Assembly: GCA_964551595.1 (NCBI GenBank)
Contig: CAZKCU010000001.1
Location: 65,246-129,245 of the forward strand
Origin: an uncultured Candidatus Saccharibacteria bacterium
Lineage (GTDB): Bacteria; Patescibacteriota; Minisyncoccia; Minisyncoccales; CAZKCU01
Reading direction: 5' to 3'
Length of the DNA: 64,000 nt
Part shown: positions 56,405-64,000 of the stretch, piece by piece
Layout of the letters: every line of letters begins with the position of its first letter
How positions within the stretch are numbered: position 1 is the first letter of the stretch
Made by a program: the position numbers and the translations under genes
Notes under the pieces: generated by a model
What the model saw: only the letters and a program-made list of their open reading frames with translations
Databases searched by the model: none
Told to the model about the DNA's origin: nothing

Positions 56405-58927
56405 TTAAATATATATAGATGAAGCCACCCGGTCTCCTTCTTCTAATCTCATTATTTTCACTCCTTGAGTAGCCCTTGATAACTTTGCAATGGTGGCTAT
56501 TTTAGTTCTTATCACTTGCCCTTTTTGAGAAATGACGATTAAATCCTCTTCCAATCCTGCCAAAATCTTGGAAGCTATCAAATCCCCTGTTTTTGAAACT
56601 ATTTTCGCTGTTTTAATTCCTGAACCTCCTCTCTTCTGCAATCTGTACTCTCTTAAATTAGTTCTTTTTCCATATCCATTCTCAGTCACCACTAATAAAT
56701 ATTGTGTGGATAACTTTTGACTTTTTACCCTGTTAAATTGCGGTTTTGCCGCACCGCCTCTGACGGACTTAACAGGGTGAATGATGTCCATCCCCACCAC
56801 CTTATCTCCTTTTCTTAGTCTAATTCCTTTCACGCCCGCGGCCTGCCTTCCCATTTCCCTAATATCTTTTTCTTTAAATCGGATGGTCTGCCCTTTTTTT
56901 GTCGTTAAAATTACCTCATCCTGGCCCGTACTTTTACAAACTTTCTTCAACAAATCATTTTTTTTAAGAGTTATGGCGGTTAATCCTGATTTCCGAACAT
57001 TTTTAAATTCCTCAAGTTCAGTTTTCTTAATTATACCATTTTGGGTAACCATTACTAAATATTTTATCTCCTGATCAGCATTTGCTTTCCCTAAGGGAAA
57101 AATAGATAAAACTTTTTCTTGTGGAGTTATTTCCAGAAAATTGAGAAGACCTCGACCCCTGGCCACTCGAGTTCCCTCAGGAATTTCATAAACAAAAGTT
57201 CTAAAGACTTTTCCCGAATCAGTAAAGAAAAATAAAGAATCATGAGTATTAGCTAAAAGAAAATGCTCAACAATGTCATCTTGTAAGGTTTTCATCCCTA
57301 AAATTCCCTTACCTCCTCTTCTTTGAATTTTATAAACAGTAGGATTTATTCTTTTAATGTAGCCCCCCTGGGTCAAGGTAATAATTGTCTCTTCTTCAGG
57401 GATTAAATCTTCTAAAGACAGCTCACCAATTTTTTGAGTACTTACTTTTGTTCTTCTCTCGTCCCCAAAATTCTCCTTCAAAACCTCCAATTCTTTTTTA
57501 ATAACCTCTTTTATTCTTTGAGCGCTTTTTAGAATTGCTGTTAATTCTCGAATCTCTTTTCTTTTTTGAATTAGCTCCTCTTCAATTTTTTTGCGCTCAA
57601 GTTTGGCCAGGGCTGAAAGCTTTGTCTCTAGAATAGCATTGGCTTGAATCTCAGTTAATTTAAATCGTTTTATAAGATTTTTCTGGGCCTCTCCACGGTC
57701 AGCCGAAGCTTTAATTGTTTTAATAACAGCATCTATTTTAGTTAGACATTTATCTAATCCTTCTAAAATATGGGCTCTCTCTTTAGCTTTTTCTAAATCA
57801 AACTTCGTTCTCAGATATATTACTTCTTTTCGGTGTGAAATGAAGTAATTTAAGACTTCATTCAAGGGCAAAACTCTGGGCTGGATTCTTTCTACCAGGG
57901 CTAACATGTTTAGATAAAAAGTTTTTTGAAGATCGGTGAATTTATAAAGACGGTTCAAAATCTTTTGGGGATAAGTATTTAACTTCAGGTCGATGACGAT
58001 TCTCATTCCTTCTTTGTCTGATTCGTCCCTAATATCTTTAATTCCCTCAATCTTTTTTTGCTGAACTAAATCAGCAAATTGTTTTACTAAAGATGACTTT
58101 TGAACCTGAAAAGGAATTTCACTGATTATAATTCGGAGGCGGCCACTCTTTTTACTTTCAACAACTTCTGCCTTACCTCTCATAACTATCGGTCCTTTTC
58201 CTTGAGAATAGGTAGTAATTATCTCTTTCTGGTCGTAAATTATTCCTCCAGTTGGAAAATCCGGTCCCTTAATAAATTTAAAGAGGTCTTCGGTGGTAGC
58301 TTTGGGATGGTCGATTAGATAAATGGCAGCATCTGAGACTTCTGAAAGATTATGGGGAGGAATGTTAGTAGCCATACCAACGGCAATCCCCAAAGAACCA
58401 TTCAATAAAAGTTGAGGTAAGGGAGAAGGCAAAACAGTAGGTTCCTTTCTGGTAGCATCATAATTATCAACAAAATCAACTGTATTTTTTTCAATGTCTT
58501 TAAGCATCTCTTCGCCAATTTTAGAAAGTCGAGCTTCGGTGTACCTATAGGCCGCAGCGCTGTCTCCATCAATTGAGCCAAAATTTCCCTGTCCTTGAAC
58601 TAAAGGATACCTCAAAGAAAAATTCTGGGCCATTCTAACTAAGGCATCATATACTGCGATATCCCCGTGTGGATGGTATTTAGCTAAAGCTGCCCCAATT
58701 ACTGCTGCGCATTTTCTAAATTTGGCGTCGTGACGAAGTCCTTCCTCTAACATTGTATACAAAATCCGACGATGAACTGGCTTTAATCCATCTCTAACAT
58801 CGGGTAAAGCCCGAGAAACAATTACTGACATGGCATAATCGATATAGCTTTCTTTCATCTCCTCAGTTATTTCCCGGGGCTTGATATAGCCTATTTCAGT
58901 TGTTGTTTTTTGAGGTTTATTCTCCAT
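56405..58927 (-). CDS. gyrA: DNA gyrase subunit A
   Basis: 840 aa. [10 protein letters not shown], active-site context [12 protein letters not shown]-terminal beta-pinwheel repeats. Confidence 0.97.
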   Translation of the reverse strand: MENKPQKTTTEIGYIKPREITEEMKESYIDYAMSVIVSRALPDVRDGLKPVHRRILYTMLEEGLRHDAKFRKCAAVIGAALAKYHPHGDIAVYDALVRMAQNFSLRYPLVQGQGNFGSIDGDSAAAYRYTEARLSKIGEEMLKDIEKNTVDFVDNYDATRKEPTVLPSPLPQLLLNGSLGIAVGMATNIPPHNLSEVSDAAIYLIDHPKATTEDLFKFIKGPDFPTGGIIYDQKEIITTYSQGKGPIVMRGKAEVVESKKSGRLRIIISEIPFQVQKSSLVKQFADLVQQKKIEGIKDIRDESDKEGMRIVIDLKLNTYPQKILNRLYKFTDLQKTFYLNMLALVERIQPRVLPLNEVLNYFISHRKEVIYLRTKFDLEKAKERAHILEGLDKCLTKIDAVIKTIKASADRGEAQKNLIKRFKLTEIQANAILETKLSALAKLERKKIEEELIQKRKEIRELTAILKSAQRIKEVIKKELEVLKENFGDERRTKVSTQKIGELSLEDLIPEEETIITLTQGGYIKRINPTVYKIQRRGGKGILGMKTLQDDIVEHFLLANTHDSLFFFTDSGKVFRTFVYEIPEGTRVARGRGLLNFLEITPQEKVLSIFPLGKANADQEIKYLVMVTQNGIIKKTELEEFKNVRKSGLTAITLKKNDLLKKVCKSTGQDEVILTTKKGQTIRFKEKDIREMGRQAAGVKGIRLRKGDKVVGMDIIHPVKSVRGGAAKPQFNRVKSQKLSTQYLLVVTENGYGKRTNLREYRLQKRGGSGIKTAKIVSKTGDLIASKILAGLEEDLIVISQKGQVIRTKIATIAKLSRATQGVKIMRLEEGDRVASSIYI
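56727..56778. repeat. GC-rich palindromic segment embedded in the gyrA C-terminal domain
   Basis: ACCCTGTTAA (56727-36) pairs with TTAACAGGGT (56769-78), enclosing GCGG-TTTTG-CCGC. Encodes [17 protein letters not shown] in a linker before [13 protein letters not shown]. Confidence 0.6.
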
Positions 58928-58937
58928 TGATTTGAGA

Positions 58938-58996
58938 AACTGTTCGCTTAGCTCACTGCTGTGTGTGAACAGTGGGTAATTTGTTTCGCAAATTAA
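58938..58996 (-). repeat. Interspersed repeat, copy c (inverted orientation)
   Basis: The reverse complement reads TAATTTGCGAAACAAATTACCCACTGTTCACACACAGCAGTGAGCTAAGCGAACAG. Lies between the gyrA start and the upstream small ORF, supplying that ORF's last codons. Confidence 0.85.
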
Positions 58997-59171
58997 GTGG
59001 TATCTCCAATTTGGGCAATTCTTTTTGAAAAGCTTCTCCTTTAAAGCTTTTTATTCTTTGTTGAAAACTCTTAGCCCACCAAATCAGAAGCGAAAATCCA
59101 ATAATAACAACTACTGACCAAAGGATTATCTTTCTTATATATTCCGGTTGATTTCGAAGTTTTTGTAACAT
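58953..59171 (-). CDS. Small single-TM hypothetical protein
   Basis: 72 aa. [20 protein letters not shown]. Start abuts the MBL gene stop. C-terminal PTVHTQQ is repeat-encoded. Confidence 0.45.
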   Translation of the reverse strand: MLQKLRNQPEYIRKIILWSVVVIIGFSLLIWWAKSFQQRIKSFKGEAFQKELPKLEIPLNLRNKLPTVHTQQ

Positions 59172-59825
59172 TTAGGGTTTTAATACCACCACTTTCAAAC
59201 CTTCTTCTGATAAATCTTTTTTCTTAATTAATAATTTATTTAAGGTCTCTGGTTTTTTCATTCCCATCACTTTTAAAAATTTATCAACTCCTTCCAGTTT
59301 TAACTTTAATTTAGGGATTTGATAATGCATGGGTATTATAATTTTGGGTTCAATTTGAGAAATTATTTTTGCAGCTGTCTTTGAATCAATGGTATAGACT
59401 CCTCCGATTGGAATTATTAAAATATCAATGTTACCGATTTTTTCAAGTTGGTCTGGGGTCAACTCTTTTTGACCAATATCTCCGAGATGACAAAGTTTCA
59501 TTTCTTCTGTGGCAATGGTATAAATTGTATTGTTTCCTCTCTGCTTTCCCTGAGAATCATCGTGGAAAGAGAAAATTCCCTGAATATAGATTTCTTTTAT
59601 CTCATACTCTCCCGGGCCATCGATTAAAAAGGGATTACCTTTTATTGCCTTAGAATTATCATGATCTCGATGATGATGAGTGATTAATAAAATATCAGCC
59701 TCTATTGAAGGAAGCTTCAACCCAAGAGTTTCATCAAAAGGGTCAATAACAATATTTACCGGGTTGTTTTTCTTTTGGTTAGTTATTATTTTAAAGCAAG
59801 ATTGACCGTACCAAGTAATTTGCAT
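59172..59825 (-). CDS. Metallo-beta-lactamase-fold hydrolase (UPF0173-like)
   Basis: 217 aa. MQITWYGQSCF, HHHRDH metal motif. Confidence 0.85.
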   Translation of the reverse strand: MQITWYGQSCFKIITNQKKNNPVNIVIDPFDETLGLKLPSIEADILLITHHHRDHDNSKAIKGNPFLIDGPGEYEIKEIYIQGIFSFHDDSQGKQRGNNTIYTIATEEMKLCHLGDIGQKELTPDQLEKIGNIDILIIPIGGVYTIDSKTAAKIISQIEPKIIIPMHYQIPKLKLKLEGVDKFLKVMGMKKPETLNKLLIKKKDLSEEGLKVVVLKP

Positions 59826-59873
59826 TATTTAATTTTATCATAACCCTTGAAAAAATCAATAAAGTTTGTCATA

Positions 59874-61001
59874 ATGAATAGCATGAAAGATATTTTTGAA
59901 AAAAATAATTTATTGAAGCCACCGAAAGTTGGTGAAATTCTTGAGGGCCAAATTATTGGCAAAGGACGCTCATCTGTTTTTTTTAATTTAGGACCTCTGG
60001 GAACAGGAATAATTTATGGAAAAGAGCTTCAAGAATCTAAGAATAGTTTAAAAGATTTAAAAATTGGTGATAGTATTTTTGTAAAAATAGTAGATCTCGA
60101 AAATGAAGAAGGCTATATTGAATTATCTTTAAAACAGGCTGGCCAAGAACTCACCTGGGAAGCCCTCAAAGAGAAAAAAGAAAAAAATGAGACCGTGAAA
60201 GTTAAAATTTCAGGAGCAAATAAGGGAGGCTTACTGACAGAGATTTTAGGAACTCCTGCTTTTTTGCCAGTATCACAATTATCTCCAGAACACTATCCTC
60301 GGGTTGAAGGAGGAGATTCATTAAAAATTTTAAGAGGGCTCCAAAAATTTATAGGAAAAGAATTGGAAGTAAAAATCCTTAATCTTTCCCAAAAAGAAGG
60401 AAAATTTATTTCGAGCGGAGCAAGAAACAAGATTCTACCGAGCGAAGCGAAACGGGTTCTTATTTTATCTGAAAAAGCAAAAGAAATTGAGAAAATAAAA
60501 GAAACTTTAAAGGGCTATAAAGTAGGAGATGTGGTTAAGGGAGAAATTAGCGGGCTGGTTGACTTTGGAGCTTTCATGCTTTTTGGCAAAGGTCTCGAGG
60601 GTTTAATCCATATCTCTGAATTTGATTGGAAAATTATTCAAGACCCTTCTGAAATTGTCAAGGTTGGGCAAAAAATTCGAGCAAAGATTATTGAAATTTC
60701 AGATAATAAAGTCTTTTTATCTTTAAAAGTTCTAAAGAGAGATCCCTGGAAAAATATTGAGAAAAAATATAAAAAAGGCGATAAGGTTTCGGGCAAGGTA
60801 ACTAAATTTAATCCTTTTGGTGCCTTTGTTCAGATTACGCCAAAAATCCAGGGACTAGTCCATATTTCCGAATTTGGAACGAAATCTAAAATGGAAGAAA
60901 TTTTAGAGATTGATAAAAAATATGATTTCCAGATTTTATCAATTGACCCAAAAGAGCACCGAATGAGTTTAAAATTAATTTCGAACGAAGTGGGAAAATA
61001 A
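59874..61001 (+). CDS. S1 RNA-binding-domain protein (ribosomal protein S1-like, about 4 S1 repeats)
   Basis: The track starts at TTG 59847; ATG is at 59874. Repeated S1 motifs VGEILEGQIIG, GAFMLFGKGLEGLIHISE, GAFVQITPKIQGLVHISE. Confidence 0.85.
   Translation: MNSMKDIFEKNNLLKPPKVGEILEGQIIGKGRSSVFFNLGPLGTGIIYGKELQESKNSLKDLKIGDSIFVKIVDLENEEGYIELSLKQAGQELTWEALKEKKEKNETVKVKISGANKGGLLTEILGTPAFLPVSQLSPEHYPRVEGGDSLKILRGLQKFIGKELEVKILNLSQKEGKFISSGARNKILPSEAKRVLILSEKAKEIEKIKETLKGYKVGDVVKGEISGLVDFGAFMLFGKGLEGLIHISEFDWKIIQDPSEIVKVGQKIRAKIIEISDNKVFLSLKVLKRDPWKNIEKKYKKGDKVSGKVTKFNPFGAFVQITPKIQGLVHISEFGTKSKMEEILEIDKKYDFQILSIDPKEHRMSLKLISNEVGK
60411..60465. repeat. About 55-nt interspersed element, copy 2 (in-frame inside the S1 gene)
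   Basis: TCGAGCGGAGCAAGAAACAAGATTCTACCGAGCGAAGCGAAACGGGTTCTTATT. Encodes SSGARNKILPSEAKRVLI between KEGKFI and LSEKAKE. Confidence 0.7.
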
Positions 61002-61031
61002 CTTATAGAGAACGATTAAATTGATGGAAAA

Positions 61032-62954
61032 ATGAAAAATCTAATTAAAAATTTTATTTTAGTAACTTTAATTCTCCTGATTATCTCGGGTATCTTTACC
61101 TTGTTCACTCAACCCTTTGAAAAAGAAAAAGAAATTTCTTTAACTCAATTAGTTGAAGAAGTTAACCAGGAAAAAATTAAAAAAATTGTAGTTTCCGGTC
61201 AAGAACTTCAAATAATATACCAGGATGATGCTAAAGCTAAATCTAGAAAGGAAACAGAAATAGCTTTTTCAGAATCTTTAATAAATTATGGAATAAATAA
61301 AGAAAAATTAAAAAAAGTGGAAATTGAAACAGAAAAAGAAAAAGAAAGTTTGCTTTGGTTGTGGTCAACTCTAATAATTCTGCTTCCCTTAGTTTTATTT
61401 GGTTTATTTTTCTGGATGATGTTCCGCCAGGCCAAAACCGGAGCAATGCAGGCCTTTAATTTTTCAAAAGCCAGAGCCCGGCTTTTTGGAGCAGAAGGTC
61501 ATCCAAAAGAAAAAATTACTTTCAAAGATGTTGCCGGCTTAAAAGAGGCAAAAGAAGAATTAAAAGAAATCGTTGATTTCTTAAAAAATCCCAAAAAATA
61601 TTTAAAGATGGGGGCGAGGATACCAAGAGGGGTTCTCTTAATGGGGGCAGCTGGAACAGGAAAAACAATGCTCGCTAGAGCTGTGGCCGGTGAGGCTAAT
61701 GTCCCTTTCTTTTCTATTTCCGGTTCAGAATTCGTAGAAATGTTTGTGGGGGTCGGAGCAGGGAGAGTGCGTGATCTTTTTTCTACCGCTAAAAAAGCAG
61801 CCCCTTCTTTGGTTTTTATTGATGAACTTGACGCTATTGGCAGACACCGGGGAGCTGGGCTTGGGGGAGGACACGACGAGAGGGAACAGACATTAAACCA
61901 AATATTAGTAGAAATGGATGGTTTTGAAAGAGAAACACAGGTCATAGTTATTTCTGCGACCAATCGTCCAGATATCCTGGACCCAGCTCTTTTGCGACCC
62001 GGTAGATTTGACCGAAAAGTAGTTTTGGACTTGCCTGATATTAACGACCGGGAAGAAATTTTAAAAATTCACTGTCGAGGAAAGCCTTTGGCTTCAAATA
62101 TTAATCTAAGGGAAGTAGCTGAAAGAACTCCGGGATTTTCCGGAGCTGATGCCGCAAATGTGGTTAATGAAGCAGCGATTTTAGCTGCCAGAAGAAATAA
62201 AAATCAAATTTATCAAGAAGAGTTTTTAGAATCAATTGAAAAAGTTTTGTTGGGTCCTGAAAGAAAAAGTCATATCTTATCCAAAAAAGAAAAAGAAATT
62301 GCTGCTTTCCATGAAGCAGGCCACGCTTTGGTTTCCGCTTCTTTGCCTGAAGCTGAACCGGTTAGAAAAATCTCAATTATTGCCAGGGGTATGGCTGCTG
62401 GCTACACTCTAAAAATGCCAGCCGAAGAAAGAAAAATTAAGACCAAAAAAGAATTTTTAGCTGAAATGGCAACTTTACTTGGCGGGTACTGTGCTGAAAA
62501 AATAAAATTTAAAGAAATTACCACCGGAGCAGCTAATGATTTAAAAAGGGCTTCCGATTTAGCCAGAAAGTTAGTTAAAGAATATGGTATGTCTCCTTTA
62601 GGACCTGTTTCCTTTGGTGAAAAGGAAGAATTAGTTTTTTTGGGAAAAGAAATTTCCGAACAAAGAAACTACTCTGAAAAAGTAGCTGCTAAAATTGACA
62701 AAGAAGTTGAAAAATTTGTCAAAAACGCAGAAAAAGAAGCAACAAAACTTTTATTCAAAAAGAAAATATTACTTGAAAAGATTGCCAAAACCTTAATTAA
62801 AAAAGAAACCATTGAAAGAAAGGAATTTGAGAGTTTAATCGAGAAAAAGAGGGAATCAGTAAAGCCCCACACCAATAGGGCACAGTTTAAAGTTGGCGCG
62901 AAGCGCAGTGCCCCATCTGGTATGGGGGTAAAAGTAAAAATCAAGCAACTGTAA
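61032..62954 (+). CDS. ftsH: ATP-dependent zinc metalloprotease FtsH
   Basis: 640 aa. Two TMs, Walker [12 protein letters not shown] region, HEAGHA zinc site. Confidence 0.97.
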   Translation: MKNLIKNFILVTLILLIISGIFTLFTQPFEKEKEISLTQLVEEVNQEKIKKIVVSGQELQIIYQDDAKAKSRKETEIAFSESLINYGINKEKLKKVEIETEKEKESLLWLWSTLIILLPLVLFGLFFWMMFRQAKTGAMQAFNFSKARARLFGAEGHPKEKITFKDVAGLKEAKEELKEIVDFLKNPKKYLKMGARIPRGVLLMGAAGTGKTMLARAVAGEANVPFFSISGSEFVEMFVGVGAGRVRDLFSTAKKAAPSLVFIDELDAIGRHRGAGLGGGHDEREQTLNQILVEMDGFERETQVIVISATNRPDILDPALLRPGRFDRKVVLDLPDINDREEILKIHCRGKPLASNINLREVAERTPGFSGADAANVVNEAAILAARRNKNQIYQEEFLESIEKVLLGPERKSHILSKKEKEIAAFHEAGHALVSASLPEAEPVRKISIIARGMAAGYTLKMPAEERKIKTKKEFLAEMATLLGGYCAEKIKFKEITTGAANDLKRASDLARKLVKEYGMSPLGPVSFGEKEELVFLGKEISEQRNYSEKVAAKIDKEVEKFVKNAEKEATKLLFKKKILLEKIAKTLIKKETIERKEFESLIEKKRESVKPHTNRAQFKVGAKRSAPSGMGVKVKIKQL

Positions 62955-62957
62955 CAA

Positions 62958-63029
62958 GGGCACGTAGCTCAATGGCGGAGCATTTCTCTTATAAAGAAAA
63001 GGATGTTGGTTCGAGTCCAACCGTGCCCA
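62958..63029 (+). tRNA. tRNA-Ile (anticodon UAU)
   Basis: Acceptor GGGCACG/CGTGCCC. D-arm GCTC-AATGGCG-GAGC. Anticodon arm TTTCT-CTTATAA-AGAAA. T-arm GTTGG-TTCGAGT-CCAAC. Confidence 0.85.
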
Positions 63030-63031
63030 CT

Positions 63032-63104
63032 GGGCACTTGGCGCAGTGGTTAGCGCGTCTCGTCGACATCGAGAAGGTCAGAGGTTCAAATCCTCTAGTG
63101 CCCA
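63032..63104 (+). tRNA. tRNA-Val (anticodon GAC)
   Basis: Acceptor GGGCACT/AGTGCCC. D-arm GCGC-AGTGGTTA-GCGC. Anticodon arm TCTCG-TCGACAT-CGAGA (position 33 reads C rather than the usual U). T-loop TTCAAAT. Confidence 0.8.
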
Positions 63105-63105
63105 C

Positions 63106-63738
63106 ATGGAATTTAATATCCTTTATGAAGATGAAAATGTTTTAGTAATTGATAAACCAGCAGGGGTAAATTCTGACGACTTTAAAAAAAGGGTTCACAG
63201 ATTAGATAAAGACACTTCGGGAATTCTTTTGGTAGCAAAAAACGATAGGGCCTTAGATTTTTTGCAGGAACAATTTAAAAACAGAAAAGTAGAAAAGAAA
63301 TATTTAGCCCTGGTAATCGGCAATCTGAAAAATAACGAAGGTGAAATTGAAACCCTTGTTGGCCGCTCACCAGGAGACAAAAGAAAACAAAAAGTATACT
63401 TGCCTCACGAACCAAGCTCCCAAGGAAAAAGAATTGCTGTTACCAAATATAAAGTGCTGCAAAGATTTAAAGATTATGATTTGATTGAGGTTAAGCCTCT
63501 TTCGGGCAGGAAGCATCAGATTAGAACCCATTTTGCTTATTTGGGCCACCCCATAGCCGGTGATAAACTATATGGGTTTAAAAACCAGTCCTGCCCTGAA
63601 GAACTAAAAAGACAATTTTTACATGCCACCTATCTTAAAATAAAGTTAACCGGTGGCAAAGTAAAGCCCACTGTTCACACACAGGAGTTTACATCAAAAC
63701 TACCAGCAGATTTAAAAAAAGTTATTAAAAATTTATGA
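63106..63738 (+). CDS. RluA-family pseudouridine synthase (no S4 domain)
   Basis: The track ORF (63046) overlaps tRNA-Val, so ATG 63106 (MEFNILYEDENVLVIDKPAG) is preferred. Catalytic HRLDKDTSGILLVAKN; GRKHQIRTHFAYLGHPIAGD. Confidence 0.88.
   Translation: MEFNILYEDENVLVIDKPAGVNSDDFKKRVHRLDKDTSGILLVAKNDRALDFLQEQFKNRKVEKKYLALVIGNLKNNEGEIETLVGRSPGDKRKQKVYLPHEPSSQGKRIAVTKYKVLQRFKDYDLIEVKPLSGRKHQIRTHFAYLGHPIAGDKLYGFKNQSCPEELKRQFLHATYLKIKLTGGKVKPTVHTQEFTSKLPADLKKVIKNL
63650..63690 (+). repeat. Partial copy d of the interspersed repeat, in-frame inside the RluA-like gene
   Basis: GTTAACCGGTGGCAAAGTAAAGCCCACTGTTCACACACAGGAG. Exact 18-nt core. TTAACCGGTGGC resembles the inverted right arm of copies a and b. 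Encodes LTGGKVKPTVHTQE. Confidence 0.75.
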
Positions 63739-64000
63739 CAACAAAAATTGAAACATTTTTAAAGCCATTTCTCAAAAAAGAAATCCCTGACATAGGTCCT
63801 GGTGACACTGTCAGGATTTATCAAAAAATCAAAGAAGCCTTAAAGAAAAGTAAACCCTCTATGAAGCAAGAATATAAAGAAAGAATACAAACCTTCGAGG
63901 GCCTGGTGATTGTTAAAAAACATGGTAAGGAAATTGGAGCTACGATTACTGTAAGAAAAGTAATTTCAGGAATTGGAGTAGAAAAAACATTCCCTCTCCA
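63735..64000 (+). CDS. rplS: Ribosomal protein L19 (3'-truncated by the window end)
   Basis: ATG overlaps the preceding TGA (ATGA). IPDIGPGDTVRIYQKI...RIQTFEGLVIVKKHGKEIGATITVRKVISGIGVEKTFPL. Confidence 0.9.
   Translation, partial: MTTKIETFLKPFLKKEIPDIGPGDTVRIYQKIKEALKKSKPSMKQEYKERIQTFEGLVIVKKHGKEIGATITVRKVISGIGVEKTFPL

Noticed and set aside
63046-63105. N-terminal extension (MVSASRRHREGQRFKSSSAH) of the pseudouridine synthase ORF
   Set aside because: It is a translation of tRNA-Val. The conserved protein starts at ATG 63106. Similar extensions were trimmed for the TTG-started ORFs at 24245, 25002, 32863 and 59847, and for 56364, which runs into a repeat.

Overview
Visibly AT-rich, gene-dense bacterial window. 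Operons are mostly on the minus strand up to about 45 kb and mixed after that. The standard genetic code fits, since all long ORFs are intact. The gene content looks like an ultra-small Patescibacteria/CPR (Parcubacteria-like) genome, which is a taxonomic inference: trimmed housekeeping proteins, a secretin-less type IV pilus cluster, VirB2/TrbC-like mini-proteins, an O-antigen-ligase/TPR protein and one giant mosaic surface protein. Genes in order: recA, ftsK, rpoC, rpoB, a Wzy_C/TPR membrane protein, a 3,298-aa surface protein, an IS1595-like gene, an atypical F-type ATPase operon, a PAS histidine kinase with a CheY-only regulator, a SEDS protein, ligA. Next comes a type IV pilus cluster (PilX-like, three minor pilins, pilD, major pilin, pilC, pilT, pilB, a small PilP-like ORF, pilO, pilN, pilM). 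Then comF (interrupted by an in-frame TAA), recG, a processive GT2, tsaD, valS, prsW-like, hsp20, two VirB2/TrbC-like genes, a methyltransferase, gyrA, an MBL hydrolase, an S1-domain protein, ftsH, an RluA-family synthase and rplS (partial), plus 7 tRNAs. Main items for follow-up: (1) the giant gene fuses a cytoplasmic MerR-like HTH through one TM helix to about 3,100 aa of tail-fibre-like, FG-GAP, Asp-box-propeller and beta-domain modules. (2) The ATPase operon has no a subunit. Its first gene is a c-subunit-like hairpin with no membrane carboxylate, fused to an ectodomain homologous to the giant protein's C-terminal domain. (3) Several families of short GC-rich, hairpin-forming interspersed repeats (many built on GCGAAGC / GAA-loop mini-hairpins) sit in intergenic DNA and also in-frame inside recA, the S1 protein, gyrA, ftsH, the RluA-like gene and the giant gene, resembling Rickettsia palindromic elements. 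(4) 35-nt blocks of five heptanucleotide units are embedded in tsaD (four blocks), valS and recG, with longer heptamer tracts in pilD. (5) A perfect 9-1-9 palindrome occurs at two 5' regions. (6) Two GC-rich multi-hairpin intergenic regions are ncRNA candidates. (7) Unusual anticodons: Ile-UAU and Arg-GCG. No CRISPR array and no rRNA were seen.
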